This document shows, in pieces, positions 32,001-41,868 of a DNA stretch of 64,000 bases. Source of the DNA: Candidatus Poribacteria bacterium (GTDB taxonomy: Bacteria; Poribacteria; WGA-4E; WGA-3G); contig OZ243938.1 of assembly GCA_965214095.1 (NCBI GenBank), positions 2,112,001 to 2,176,000 of the forward strand. Direction: 5' to 3'. The translations under genes and the position numbers were made by a program. The notes under the pieces are model-generated. The model made no database searches, was not told the DNA's origin, and worked only from the letters and a program-made list of their open reading frames with translations. Positions within the stretch are counted from its first letter, which is position 1, and each line of letters starts with the position of its first letter.

Positions 32001-34139
32001 AATAGCGGTGTGGCAACAGCAAGTGCTTCCGGTGCTCAAGTGTCGATTAGCGCAGTAGCAGTTGGAACTACTACTATCACGGTTACCGCAAGCGATGGAA
32101 GTTTGTCTGTAACACAGACTATTTCTGTGACTGTCATAGTCGAACTGGCATACCCAGTAAGTGATCGCACTCAACAAGTTCAGGACGCTATTGTGGCAGC
32201 TATTGATGGTATAGATTCTGCGTCCGATGTAACAGCAACACACCTTGCGGCAATCACGGAACTTAATTTAGACGATGAATCAATTTCCTCCTTGAAAACT
32301 GGTGATTTTGAGGGTCTCACCGCTCTGACAAGGCTCTTTCTGGGTGAAAATTCCATCAGCGATATATCATCGGTTTCTGGGTTGACTAAGTTGACACACT
32401 TCAGTGTTGAAGATAATTCGCTCAGCGATATATCAGTAATTTCTGGGTTGACTTCGCTGACATGGCTCAGTCTGAGTGGCAATTCCATCAGCGATATATC
32501 GGCGGTTTCTGGGTTGACTAAGTTGACATCGCTCTTTCTGAGTGGCAATTCCATTAGCGATTTATCATCGGTTTCTGGGTTGACTAAGTTGACAGAGCTC
32601 TGGCTGGGTGGCAATTCTATCAGCGATATATCAGTAATTTCTGGGTTGACTTCGCTGACATGGCTCAGTCTGAGCGGCAATCCGATTTTACATTACGCCC
32701 CACTCCGCACACTCGTCGCTGCAATTGAAACTGCTGGCGGAACTTTAGAGCTTGACATTACAATTCCCCTGTTTGTCCCAGTAAGTGAACGCACTCAACA
32801 AGTGCGGGACGCTATTGTGGCAGCTGTTAATGGCATAGATTCTGCAGCCGATATAACAGAAATACACCTTACGGAAATCACGGAACTTGATCTAAACGAG
32901 AAATCAATATCCTCCTTGAAATCTGGTGATTTTGAGGGTCTCACTGCTCTGACAGGGCTCGATCTGCGTGGCAATTCCATCAGCGATATTTCATCGATTT
33001 CTGGGTTGACTTCGTTGACACAGCTCTATCTGGATGGCAATTCTATCAGCGATGTCTCCCCTCTTGAAGGTTTGACATCATTAACGACCTTACGTCTGAG
33101 TGGCAATTCGATTTCAGATTACGCCCCACTCCGCACACTTGTCGCTGCAATTGAAGCTGATGGCGGAACTTTAAATCTTGACATTACAATTCCGGCTGCT
33201 CCCCCACTAAGTGGACGCACTCAACAAGTGCAAGCCGCTATTGTGGCAGCTGTTGATGGGATAGATTCTGCAGCCGATGTAACAGCAACACACCTTGCGG
33301 CAATCACGGAACTTGATCTAAACTATAAATCAATATCCTCCTTGAAATCTGGTGATTTTGAGGGTCTCACCGCTCTGACAAGTCTTGATCTGGGTGAAAA
33401 TTCCATCAGCGATATATCACCACTTTCTGGATTGACTACGTTGACACAGCTCTTTCTGGGTAACAATTCCATCAGCGATATATCATCGGTTTCTGGGTTG
33501 ACTAAGTTGACACAGCTCGATCTTTATGACAATTCCATCATCAATATTTCATCGGTTTCTGGGTTGACTAAGTTGACACAGCTCTATCTGGATGGCAATT
33601 CTATCAGCGATATATCATCGGTTTCTGGGTTGACTGTGTTGAAAGAACTCTATCTGGATGACAATTCCATCAGCGATGTCTCTCCTCTTGAAGGTTTGAC
33701 ATCTTTAACGACCTTACGTCTGAGTGGTAATTCGATTTCAGATTACGCCCCACTCGGCAGACTCGTCGCTGCAATTAAAGCTGCTGGCGGAAGTTTAGAT
33801 CTTGACATTATAATTCCCGGATCTGCCCCCGCGAGTTCGCTTCCTATACAAACATCCCTACTTCCAAACTACCCCAACCCCTTCAATCCAGAAACGTGGA
33901 TACCGTATCAGTTATCCAAAGCAGCCGATGTCATGTTGACGATCTACAATGTGCGTGGTGTCGTCGTTAGGGAGTTGGAGTTGGGACATCGGGCTGCTGG
34001 GGTGTATTATAGCCGACCTCGTGCTGCGCATTGGGATGGTAGGAACTCTTTTGGTGAGAAGGTGGCGGGAGGTGTCTATTTCGTCAAATTCAAGGCAGGG
34101 AATTATACGAAAATAAAGAAAATGTTGATTAGAAAATAA
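26085..34139 (+). CDS. giant secreted LRR/cadherin protein with internalin-like LRRs and CTD (~2680 aa)
   Basis: Likely start MKTRLK after AAGGA, then a signal peptide. Cadherin repeats, 22-aa ISDISxxSGLTxLTxL LRRs and the conserved CTD. Confidence 0.9.
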   Translation: MKTRLKNLNSVISILLCSLVFFGLPVTSSAEITPVSERTTEVQTAIVAAAAVDSAADVTETHLAAVTTLDLRAKGITALKSGDFSGMSGLTNINLYDNQLSSLPDGIFDGLTALTTLRLGRNTVDPFPITVTLEKVGENEFKAVVPTGAPFEIVVPISVSNGSINTDANTLTIAKGNRDSGTLTVSQTIERMSVTVDISSLPNLLQNHYGYVLSKSETLPTEVIIGNTAPMFVEGSSATRAIAENAETDVNIGTPIAATDSDDDLLTYTLGGIDAPVFSIDSESGQLKTNTSLDYETQPFYSITITTSDGLLTDTITVTVNVIDVIDNLAPQFTEGAITVRQIAENSGAEVNIGTPVVAIDITENTDNDDAADTLAYTLGGIDAVTFSIDSDTGQLKTKESLDFETKSLYKVTVTVSDGDLTDIITVVIQVIDLAETAFVSEFLPLNERTQQVQDKIVDIVSEDEISEAHIAAITSLNLRDTGITELQSGDFSGMSGLTDINLHNNMLTTLPIGIFQGLTLLTTLRLGNNLLDPLSIFVSLQQVDKNVFQVYVPSGAPFDIVVPIQVANGHISSGESTAKVLTGTLTSQPFTIVPTTDTLTPASVSIGPLPELPLNHYGYILARSTACNRTPEVVSAIETMYPFLMHCQNVSNVDIATVTFLNLDETGILSLRTDDFSGFLSLTTLYLNNNELTELPAGIFDGLDALDTIRLRGNRLELLPDGIFKGMTNLEALDLSGNAIDPLPITVLLEKVDESAFRAIVPTGAPFDIVLKVEVNNGNNANGIDSITIPKGSVESDVYTLTRIPNTFNAVSVDISPLPSLPSLHTGYELVKPDTLPLEILSRIEVAPVITEGDTTTRSVAENTVAGTNIGDPITATDENNDMLTYNLSGANVAVFDIDSTTGQLKTKGALDYETKTSYSVSVSVSDGSLTASIDVVISITNVAEKPVFLEGVSTTRAVAENSVVGTITGEVIAATDPDGDTLTYSLSGEDAAFFDIAPRTGQLETNTSLDYETKSSYSVTVSVSDGSFSTSIDVVINITNVAEKPVFIEGVSATRSVAENSEAGTLISEVIAATDPDGNTLIYSLSGEDAAFFDIESRTGQLETNTSLDYETKSSYSVTVSVSDGSFTASIDVVINIIDQPETPTDTTDTVESLNMPPEFTEGTSITRSIAENTDPNTPIGLPLSANDPDDDTLSYSLGGTDATSFSIDSTTGQLKTKGSLDYETKTSYSVTVSVSDGSLTASIDVVISITDVSEKPVFLEGVSTTRAVAENSVVGTITGEVIAATDPDGDTLTYSLSGEDAAVFDIETTTGQLKTNASLDYETKSSYSVSVSVSDGSFAASIDVVINIIDQQETETEIETETEIETETEIETETETETETETETEIETETDTDTETETETETETEMDTDSALMFTEGTTATRTVPINTDIGRNIGLPIAATGADQDNFTYTLGGTDGLSFDIVSTTGQLLTKGTTYCDKTSYSVIITVSDGNLSDSIDVTINVEKVNKRENNRDPMFTVPGPYTISVPENTPVGVNIGSPIPISDPDNDCLEYEIQGIGKELFDIDPRSGQFRTKSPLDYEIKNSYSLTLWISDFALIVPTGVTIEITDVNDPPVFAVDHLTYTIPENTPIGHIFGSEVTLTDQDDTRESLAITLTGSDSSGFSIADGIVGKFEVQQSFDYETQSVFNVTIRVEDNSGATDTLPVVIRIIDIDEGVNNAPVFTGGASATRSIAENTDTNTDIGEVFSAIDPDGDTLSYSLGGTDAASFSIVTTTEQTGQLKTNSALDHETKGTYSVEVIASDGELSSSIQVSITITDVNDPPVFPVESVTYSIPENTTAGQTVGTPVLATDQDGDTVLYRESGPDGDWEGFTLNIHTGGLLTRISSYDFETKPTYTLTITARDRHSATDTLAVTINITESVNGANRAPTAVGSIPAQTMQSDDSALLLTVSSYFTDPDNDNLTYTASSSNSGVATASASGAQVSISAVAVGTTTITVTASDGSLSVTQTISVTVIVELAYPVSDRTQQVQDAIVAAIDGIDSASDVTATHLAAITELNLDDESISSLKTGDFEGLTALTRLFLGENSISDISSVSGLTKLTHFSVEDNSLSDISVISGLTSLTWLSLSGNSISDISAVSGLTKLTSLFLSGNSISDLSSVSGLTKLTELWLGGNSISDISVISGLTSLTWLSLSGNPILHYAPLRTLVAAIETAGGTLELDITIPLFVPVSERTQQVRDAIVAAVNGIDSAADITEIHLTEITELDLNEKSISSLKSGDFEGLTALTGLDLRGNSISDISSISGLTSLTQLYLDGNSISDVSPLEGLTSLTTLRLSGNSISDYAPLRTLVAAIEADGGTLNLDITIPAAPPLSGRTQQVQAAIVAAVDGIDSAADVTATHLAAITELDLNYKSISSLKSGDFEGLTALTSLDLGENSISDISPLSGLTTLTQLFLGNNSISDISSVSGLTKLTQLDLYDNSIINISSVSGLTKLTQLYLDGNSISDISSVSGLTVLKELYLDDNSISDVSPLEGLTSLTTLRLSGNSISDYAPLGRLVAAIKAAGGSLDLDIIIPGSAPASSLPIQTSLLPNYPNPFNPETWIPYQLSKAADVMLTIYNVRGVVVRELELGHRAAGVYYSRPRAAHWDGRNSFGEKVAGGVYFVKFKAGNYTKIKKMLIRK
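30148..30320 (+). repeat. 6-bp (Glu-Thr) microsatellite in coding sequence
   Basis: gaaacg/gagaca/gagata runs encoding ETETEIETET... Confidence 0.9.
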
Positions 34140-34251
34140 TTTTAATTTACTTTTTTCGCTTGGAACGTATGTAGGTAACCCGTTGCCTACTAATACAGAA
34201 TATACCAGCTGCAGAAGAGCAGTTGATAACTTTATCTAAAGGAAGGTTAAT

Positions 34252-37200
34252 ATGAAAACACTAACTCTAAATAATAACCATGTTCTCTACGTATTGATTT
34301 CCATTTTTTTATTCGCATTAAATGTAACGAGTTATGCAGACATTACACCAGTAAGTGACCGAACAACAGAAGTGCAAGATGCTATACTTTTTGCAGTAGG
34401 TGTGAATTCTGCCGCAGATGTCACCGAAACCGACCTTGCAGCTATTACAGAACTAAACCTACGGTCAAAAGGTATTACAGAACTAAAATCGGGTGATTTT
34501 TCTGGAATGTCCGGACTCACTAATCTGAACCTATATGGTAACGAACTTAGCAGTTTGCCGAATAACATCTTTGATGGACTCTCTGCCCTCACAACCCTGC
34601 GATTGGGTGGAAACACCGTTGATCCAATGCCAATTATCATATCATTGGAAAAAGTTGGCGAAAATCAATTCAAAGCAGTCGCACCCACTGGTGCGCCTTT
34701 TAATATAAGTGTTCCCATAAGTACTGCCAATGGTAGCATTAGTGGGAATACGACATCTCTGACCATTTCCACAGGAACAGTAGCAAGTAGTACAGTCACA
34801 GTGACTCGGACAGAGGGAACAACTGCTGCAGTAACAGCTGATATCGGCACGTTACCCAGTATACCAAGTCTCAACCATTACGGTTATGAATTATCAAAAT
34901 CTGACTCGTTACCTATTCAACTTTTCAGTATATCAGACACAGAAGAAGAAACAGACATGGGTGAACTGGATGATAATGCTGCGCCTGTGTTTAATGAAGG
35001 TACGAGCACGACACGGACGGTTGCAGAGAATACTAAATCCGGTCAAAACATTGGGAGTGCTGTTACTGCGACAGATGACGATGGTGATACGTTGATCTAT
35101 ACTCTCGGTGGCACTGATGCAGCGTCCTTTGATATTGTCAGTACATCTGGGCAGCTACAGACAAAAGCAGCGTTGGATTATGAAACGAAGTCGTCCTATT
35201 CTGTCACTGTTACTGTTCAGGATCCGGACGATAGCTCAGTTCATATTAACGTCACAATCAACGTGACCGATGTCAATGATGCGCCGGTTTTTTCATCGGA
35301 TAGCATTACGCTTACCGTAGCAGAAAATACAGCAGCTGGCACTAATATCGGGAGTGCTGTTTCTGCGACAGATCCAGATGGCGATACGTTGACATATACT
35401 CTTGGCGGTACGGATGCAGCGTCCTATGATATTGTGAGCACATCTGGGCAGCTACAAACAAAAGCAGCATTGGACTATGAAACGAAGAAAACTTACGCGG
35501 TGTCAATCACCGCTAAAGATGATGAAGATGCTTCTAAGACGATCAATGTTATGATCAATGTGACAAATGTGTCGGAACCCGGCGACAATGATGCACCTGT
35601 ATTTGCTGACGGCACAAGCACAACACGAAGTGTCGCAGAAAATACAGTCGCAAGTGTTAATATCGGGAGTGCTGTTTCCGCTACAGATGACGATAGTGAT
35701 ACGTTGACATATAGCCTTGGTGGAACCGATGCAGCGTCCTTTGATATAGTGACCACTTCCGGACAGTTGCAGACAAAAACAACGTTGGATTATGAAACGA
35801 AGTCGTCCTATTCTGTCACTATTACAGCACAGGATCCGGGGGATCTTTCAGCTACTATTAGTGTTACAATCAATGTGACCGATGTGAATGAAGCACCGGT
35901 TTTTTCATCGGATAGCATTACGTTAACCGTAGCAGAAAATACAGGCGCAAGTGTCAATATCGGGAGTGCTGTTTCTGCGACAGATCCAGATGGGGATACG
36001 TTATCCTACAGTCTCAGTGGAACAGATGCAACATCCTTTGATATTGTCAACACATCGGGGCAATTACAGACAAAAACAGCGTTAGACTATGAAACGAAGA
36101 CGTCCTATTCTGTCACTATTACAGCAAAGGATCCGGATGATCTCTCAGATACCATTAGTGTTACAATCAATGTGACCGATGTGAATGAAGCACCGGTTTT
36201 TTCATCGGATAGCATTACGTTAACCGTAGCAGAAAATACAGCAGCTGGTACTAATATCGGGAGTGCTGTTTCTGCGACAGATCCAGATGGGGATACGTTG
36301 ACATATACTCTTGGCGGTACGGATGCAGCGTCCTTTGATATTGTGAGTTCATCTGGGCAGCTACAGACAAAAACCAGTTTGGATTATCAAACGAAGACAA
36401 CTTACTCGGTTACGGTAACTGCCGAAGATGGTGACGATGCTTCAGATACCATCAATGTTACTATCAATGTAACAAATGTGTTGGAGACTGTTGAGAATAT
36501 AGCACCCATATTCACTGAAGGCACAGACACAACACGGAGTATTGCAGAGAATACGACATCAGGACAAAACATTGGAAGTACTGTTTCTGCGACAGATGAG
36601 AATGGTGATACGTTGACCTATTCTCTGGGTGGCACTGATGCAGCGTCGTTCGATATTGTGAGCACAACTGGACAGCTACAGACAAAAACCAGTTTGGATT
36701 ATGAAAGTAAGAACATCTATTCTATAACGATTACTGCATCAGATGGAACACTTACAGATACCATCAATGTAACAGTCGGTATCACAAACGTACACGAGGC
36801 AGGTATCAACAATTATCCTGAGTTCAACGATGGTATTATTACCACAAGATCTGTTAGAGAGAACACCGATGCTGAGAATTCTATTGGTACACCGCTTACT
36901 GCCACGGACAGTGATGGTGATACCTTGGAATATTCCATGACTGGAACAGAATCCTCTTCATTTAGTATTGACAGCACAACAGGACAGCTCAGCACTAATA
37001 GTGCGTTAGATTTTGAAATGCAGCATACTTATTCTTTTACTGTCACCGTAACAGATTCGCAGGGTGGCAGTGTAAGCATTGCTGTTATGATCAACATCAT
37101 TGATGTATTGGAGTCAACGCCTCTCAGTGAACGCACAGGAGTCGTAAGAAGTGCCATCATTGATGCTATTGATGGGGTATCAACTGCATCCGAAGTTAAT

Positions 37201-40200
37201 GATGGACACCTTGCTGCAATTACAACACTCAGAATTGCTGCAACATCTATAACCACATTAAAAAACGGTGATTTCGATGGGCTCTCTTCATTGACATACC
37301 TTGGATTACAGTTCAACAGATCATTCAAAAGCATACCTGAGGATATTTTTGAAGGATTGACACTCCTAAAGACTTTAAAACTCTCGACCAACAACACGTT
37401 GGAAAGTGTACCAACTGATCTCTTTGATGGATTGTCCTCACTTGAGGAGCTTGATCTGCTTGCGAATAAACTTACGGTGTTACCCGTTGAATTATTTGAA
37501 GGTTTGTCATCGTTGAAACGGCTTGATTTGTCACGAAACGAAATAAGCAGTCTACCTGAAGGCATTTTTGATGGGTTGACAAAGCTCGTCTACCTCTCAT
37601 TGCATAAGAATAGACTGACAAGTCTACCAGCAGATATTTTTGACGGCTTATCAATGCTTCATTCGCTCATAATGGATGGTAATCGGTTGACGAGTTTACC
37701 TGTTGGTGTGTTTGAGGGGTTGACATCACTGGTTGTTCTTGAGGCACATCAAGGCACCTCACTTCCTATCACGGTATCGTTAGAGAAGGTTCAAGATGGA
37801 GAGTTCAAAGCCAATGTTGATACTGGGGCACCGTTTGATCTTGTATTGCCTCTCAGTGTGACCAATGGTAGTATTGACGGAGACACTACTACGATTACGA
37901 TCAAGACAGGTAAAATTGAAAGCGACACTACGCTCACTGTAACCCGAGAGACAGGAACGACTGGATCGGTCAATGTGGATATCGGTACATTACCTACACC
38001 TCCAGAAGATGAACATGATGGTTACATTTTAGGCACATCTAACCTACTACCTTTGAGTGTTATCCCAGCAACTGGTGAAGCGAGTAACACTGCCCCCACT
38101 TTTACAGATGGTGCAAGTACCACCCGTTCAGTAGCAGAGAATACTGCATCTGGTCAAAATATAGGGAGTGTTGTTGCGGCAACAGATGATGAAGGTGACA
38201 CATTAACTTACACACTCAGCGGGACAGATGCATCCTCCTTTACACTTGATAGTTCATCAGGACAGATTAAGACAAGTGGTACGTTGGATTATGAAACCAA
38301 GACGTCTTATTCTGTGATTGTTACAGCCACGGATCCGGATGGTCTCTCAGATACAATCAATGTCACTATTAACATCACAGATGTGAATGAGGTCGTCAAT
38401 AATGCACCTGTGATCACAGAAGGCACAAGTGGGACACGCACCGTTGCCGAAAACACTGCAGCAGGGCAAAATATCGGGGATCCTGTCTCAGCAACCGATG
38501 AAGATGGGGATACATTGACTTATAGTTTGAGTGGTACTGATGCAGCGTCATTTGACATTGACACAACAAATGGGCAGCTGAAAACGAAAGCCGCTTTGGA
38601 CTATGAAACGAAGGCTTCATATTCTGTGACGGTGACAGTTAAGGATGATGACAACGCCTCCGATTCTATCAGTGTGACGATCAACATCACTGATGTGGAA
38701 GAGACTACACCCAATAATGCACCTGTATTCAGTGATGGCGCAAGCACTACAAGAAGTATCGCAGAAAATACGGCAGCCAATATGAATATAGGTAGTGCCG
38801 TCTCCGCAACGGATGACGATGGTGATACGTTGACTTATAGTTTGAGTGGTACTGATTCAGCATCATTTGACATTGACACAACAAATGGGCAGCTGAAAAC
38901 GAAAGCCGCTTTGGACTATGAAACGAAGGCTTCATACGCTGTGACGATAACTGTGAAAGATGGTGACGAGGCATCAGATACAATCAATGTCACTATCAAC
39001 ATCACAGACGTGGAAGAAGTTGCACCCGCGAATGCACCCGTATTCACTGAAGGCGAAAGCGCGACACGTACCGTAGCTGAAAATACGGCTGCAGCACAGA
39101 ACATCGGAGATGCTGTCTCCGCTACTGATGCAGATGCGGATACATTGACTTATGCTCTCAGTGGAACAGATGCCGCATCGTTTGACATTGACACAACAAA
39201 TGGACAGATTAAGACAAAAGCAGCTCTAAACTATGAAACAAAGAGCAGCTATTCTGTGGTCGTAACTGCATCGGATGAAACGCTATCAGATACCATTAAC
39301 ATTACCATAAATGTGACTGATGTCAACGATGCACCCGTCTTTGCAGATGATTCTAAAACCCTGACTATAGCCGAGAATACTGATGCTGATACAGACATCG
39401 GAGATCCTGTTTCAGCAACAGATGAAGATGAAGATACCTTGACCTATACGCTCGGTGGAACAGATGCAGCATCTTTTGATATTGACAGCACTGATGGACA
39501 GCTAAAGACAAAAGCAAGTTTGGACTATGAAACGAAGGCTTCATACGCTGTGACGATAACTGTGAAAGATGGTGACGAGGCATCAGATACAATCAATGTC
39601 ACTATCAACATCACAGATGTGGATGAGGTGGTTCCCGGAAATGCACCAGTATTCTCTGAAGGCGCAAGCGCAACACGAACCATTGCAGAAAATACTGCTG
39701 CAGCGCAGAACATCGGAAATGCTGTTTCCGCTACTGATGCAGATGAGGATACATTGACTTATGCTCTCAGTGGAACAGATGCAGCATCATTTGACATTGA
39801 CACAACAAATGGACAGATTAAGACAAAAGCAGCTCTAAACTATGAAACAAAGAGCAGCTATGCTGTAGTTGTCACTGCATCCGATGAAACGCTATCAGAT
39901 ACCATTAACATTACCATAAATGTGAGTGATGTGAATGATGCACCAGTCTTTGCAAATGATTCCACAACTCGGTCTATAGACGAGAATACTGCTGCAGATA
40001 CAAACATTGGAGATCCTGTTTCAGCCACAGATGAAGATGGTGATACGTTGACCTATAGTCTTAGTGGAACGGATGCGGCTGATTTCAATCTTGATGATAG
40101 TTCAGGACAGCTAAGTACTAAGAAGGTTCTGGATTATGAGACAAAAACATCATACTCCGTGACAATTACTGCTACTGATGCAGACAACGCGACTGACAGT

Positions 40201-41748
40201 ATTGATGTAACCATCAATGTGAATGATGTGACCGATGTTAATCCACCCATATTTTTAAATATAGATACAGAGAATCTTACCTTTTCAGTAGATGAAAACA
40301 CCGCTGCAAATACAAGTATAGGCGACCCATTTGAAATGAGGGGGATAAGACCGATTAGTTTCTCACTTAGGGGTTCTGATGCAAGTAAATTTAGAATTGG
40401 TCGCACATCTGGTCAGTTAATGACCAGAGCTGCATTGGACTATGAAACCAAGAAATCATACTCCATAAAGGTTGTCGCTACAAATAGTGACGGTAATAAA
40501 TCAATTGACGTTACCATTCAAGTCACTGATGTATTTGAATCCGTCCCATTAAGCCAACGTCCAGCTAAAGTGCGTAATGCAATTGTTGCGGCAATAGATG
40601 GTGTGTCTAAGGCAAGCGATGTAACAGACGCACATATGTTGAGTATAAAAACGCTTGATTTATCAGATAAATCACTCTCCGAAATCACCGCTAATCATCT
40701 GGATGGCTTAACTTCATTGGAAGTATTAAATTTAAGTGATAATAATATCACAAGTCTGCCTGAAAACCTATTTGATAATTTGAGCTCTTTGACAGAAATA
40801 CACTTGGACAACAATAGACTTCATACTTTACCATCGGATCTATTTGATGGTTTAAGTCTCTTGAAAGAACTTCACTTGAATCACAATTTGATTACCAGTT
40901 TGCCATCGGGTATATTTGATGATCTATCCAGTCTGAAAAAGTTATATCTCAATTTTAACACTATTTCCAGTCTCAGTTCATCAGTCTTTCAGGAATTGTC
41001 ATCACTAACTGATCTGAATTTTGAGTATAATGTTTTAACAAGACTGCCAAATAACATTTTTAAAGGGTTGACCTCTATTAATACTATTAAGGCAGCTAAT
41101 AATCGCACTGATCCACTTAATATGACGGTATCTCTCAATAAACTAAGTAATACTAAGTTCACTGCAGAAGTTAATACTGGTATTCCTTATCAATTGAGTG
41201 TACCAGTTACCGCTACTATTGGAGGTGTTGACAATTCATACACTTTAGGTATTAAAAAGGGAGCTACTGAGAGTGAGCAAGAGATAGAAATTCCTTTAGC
41301 TCCGGGCACGGTTTCTGTAAATATTGACGATTTAGCCGCAGTACCTTCAAGGTTTAGTGGATTATCGTTAGTAAAATCGAGTAATTTACCAATCACCCTT
41401 AATCCACCTAATCAAATTATTTTCGGCGCTCCGACGAATTCACAATCAATACCTATTGTCACATCATTTAACCAAAATTATCCGAATCCCTTTAATCCAG
41501 AAACGTGGATACCCTATCAGTTATCTGAAGCATCTGATGTTGCGATGACGATCTACAATATGCGTGGCGTTGTTGTGCGTGAGTTGGCATTAGGACATCA
41601 ACCTGCTGGATATTATCACAGTCGTGCGCGCGCTGCATATTGGGATGGTAGGAACTCTTTTGGTGAGAAGGTTGCAACAGGTCTATATTTCTGCATTTTC
41701 AAGGCAGGTGATTTCACTGCTACCCGCAAGATGATGATTCGAAAATAG
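34252..41748 (+). CDS. giant secreted LRR/cadherin protein with CTD (2498 aa)
   Basis: AAGGAAGG RBS and signal peptide; the same module set as its neighbours, ending TRKMMIRK. Confidence 0.9.
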   Translation: MKTLTLNNNHVLYVLISIFLFALNVTSYADITPVSDRTTEVQDAILFAVGVNSAADVTETDLAAITELNLRSKGITELKSGDFSGMSGLTNLNLYGNELSSLPNNIFDGLSALTTLRLGGNTVDPMPIIISLEKVGENQFKAVAPTGAPFNISVPISTANGSISGNTTSLTISTGTVASSTVTVTRTEGTTAAVTADIGTLPSIPSLNHYGYELSKSDSLPIQLFSISDTEEETDMGELDDNAAPVFNEGTSTTRTVAENTKSGQNIGSAVTATDDDGDTLIYTLGGTDAASFDIVSTSGQLQTKAALDYETKSSYSVTVTVQDPDDSSVHINVTINVTDVNDAPVFSSDSITLTVAENTAAGTNIGSAVSATDPDGDTLTYTLGGTDAASYDIVSTSGQLQTKAALDYETKKTYAVSITAKDDEDASKTINVMINVTNVSEPGDNDAPVFADGTSTTRSVAENTVASVNIGSAVSATDDDSDTLTYSLGGTDAASFDIVTTSGQLQTKTTLDYETKSSYSVTITAQDPGDLSATISVTINVTDVNEAPVFSSDSITLTVAENTGASVNIGSAVSATDPDGDTLSYSLSGTDATSFDIVNTSGQLQTKTALDYETKTSYSVTITAKDPDDLSDTISVTINVTDVNEAPVFSSDSITLTVAENTAAGTNIGSAVSATDPDGDTLTYTLGGTDAASFDIVSSSGQLQTKTSLDYQTKTTYSVTVTAEDGDDASDTINVTINVTNVLETVENIAPIFTEGTDTTRSIAENTTSGQNIGSTVSATDENGDTLTYSLGGTDAASFDIVSTTGQLQTKTSLDYESKNIYSITITASDGTLTDTINVTVGITNVHEAGINNYPEFNDGIITTRSVRENTDAENSIGTPLTATDSDGDTLEYSMTGTESSSFSIDSTTGQLSTNSALDFEMQHTYSFTVTVTDSQGGSVSIAVMINIIDVLESTPLSERTGVVRSAIIDAIDGVSTASEVNDGHLAAITTLRIAATSITTLKNGDFDGLSSLTYLGLQFNRSFKSIPEDIFEGLTLLKTLKLSTNNTLESVPTDLFDGLSSLEELDLLANKLTVLPVELFEGLSSLKRLDLSRNEISSLPEGIFDGLTKLVYLSLHKNRLTSLPADIFDGLSMLHSLIMDGNRLTSLPVGVFEGLTSLVVLEAHQGTSLPITVSLEKVQDGEFKANVDTGAPFDLVLPLSVTNGSIDGDTTTITIKTGKIESDTTLTVTRETGTTGSVNVDIGTLPTPPEDEHDGYILGTSNLLPLSVIPATGEASNTAPTFTDGASTTRSVAENTASGQNIGSVVAATDDEGDTLTYTLSGTDASSFTLDSSSGQIKTSGTLDYETKTSYSVIVTATDPDGLSDTINVTINITDVNEVVNNAPVITEGTSGTRTVAENTAAGQNIGDPVSATDEDGDTLTYSLSGTDAASFDIDTTNGQLKTKAALDYETKASYSVTVTVKDDDNASDSISVTINITDVEETTPNNAPVFSDGASTTRSIAENTAANMNIGSAVSATDDDGDTLTYSLSGTDSASFDIDTTNGQLKTKAALDYETKASYAVTITVKDGDEASDTINVTINITDVEEVAPANAPVFTEGESATRTVAENTAAAQNIGDAVSATDADADTLTYALSGTDAASFDIDTTNGQIKTKAALNYETKSSYSVVVTASDETLSDTINITINVTDVNDAPVFADDSKTLTIAENTDADTDIGDPVSATDEDEDTLTYTLGGTDAASFDIDSTDGQLKTKASLDYETKASYAVTITVKDGDEASDTINVTINITDVDEVVPGNAPVFSEGASATRTIAENTAAAQNIGNAVSATDADEDTLTYALSGTDAASFDIDTTNGQIKTKAALNYETKSSYAVVVTASDETLSDTINITINVSDVNDAPVFANDSTTRSIDENTAADTNIGDPVSATDEDGDTLTYSLSGTDAADFNLDDSSGQLSTKKVLDYETKTSYSVTITATDADNATDSIDVTINVNDVTDVNPPIFLNIDTENLTFSVDENTAANTSIGDPFEMRGIRPISFSLRGSDASKFRIGRTSGQLMTRAALDYETKKSYSIKVVATNSDGNKSIDVTIQVTDVFESVPLSQRPAKVRNAIVAAIDGVSKASDVTDAHMLSIKTLDLSDKSLSEITANHLDGLTSLEVLNLSDNNITSLPENLFDNLSSLTEIHLDNNRLHTLPSDLFDGLSLLKELHLNHNLITSLPSGIFDDLSSLKKLYLNFNTISSLSSSVFQELSSLTDLNFEYNVLTRLPNNIFKGLTSINTIKAANNRTDPLNMTVSLNKLSNTKFTAEVNTGIPYQLSVPVTATIGGVDNSYTLGIKKGATESEQEIEIPLAPGTVSVNIDDLAAVPSRFSGLSLVKSSNLPITLNPPNQIIFGAPTNSQSIPIVTSFNQNYPNPFNPETWIPYQLSEASDVAMTIYNMRGVVVRELALGHQPAGYYHSRARAAYWDGRNSFGEKVATGLYFCIFKAGDFTATRKMMIRK

Positions 41749-41751
41749 ACT

Positions 41752-41854
41752 TATGGTGAAGCATAGAATTAATTCTACACTTTCTATCAACGGTAGGCGA
41801 GGTTTCCTAACCTCGCCTCAGCAATGTGTAGAATTAATTCAATAATTTACCATA
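41752..41854. mobile_element. TATGGT...ACCATA-bounded MITE with REP hairpin
   Basis: Inverted GAATTAATTCTACAC / GTGTAGAATTAATTC around GGTAGGCGAGGTTTCCTAACCTCGCC. Confidence 0.6.
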
Positions 41855-41868
41855 AATAGGAGATAATT

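Noticed and set aside
12683-41677. Many 60-250 aa antisense or alternate-frame ORFs inside the giant genes
   Set aside because: Shadow ORFs of repetitive cadherin/LRR coding sequence, with no RBS or independent motifs.
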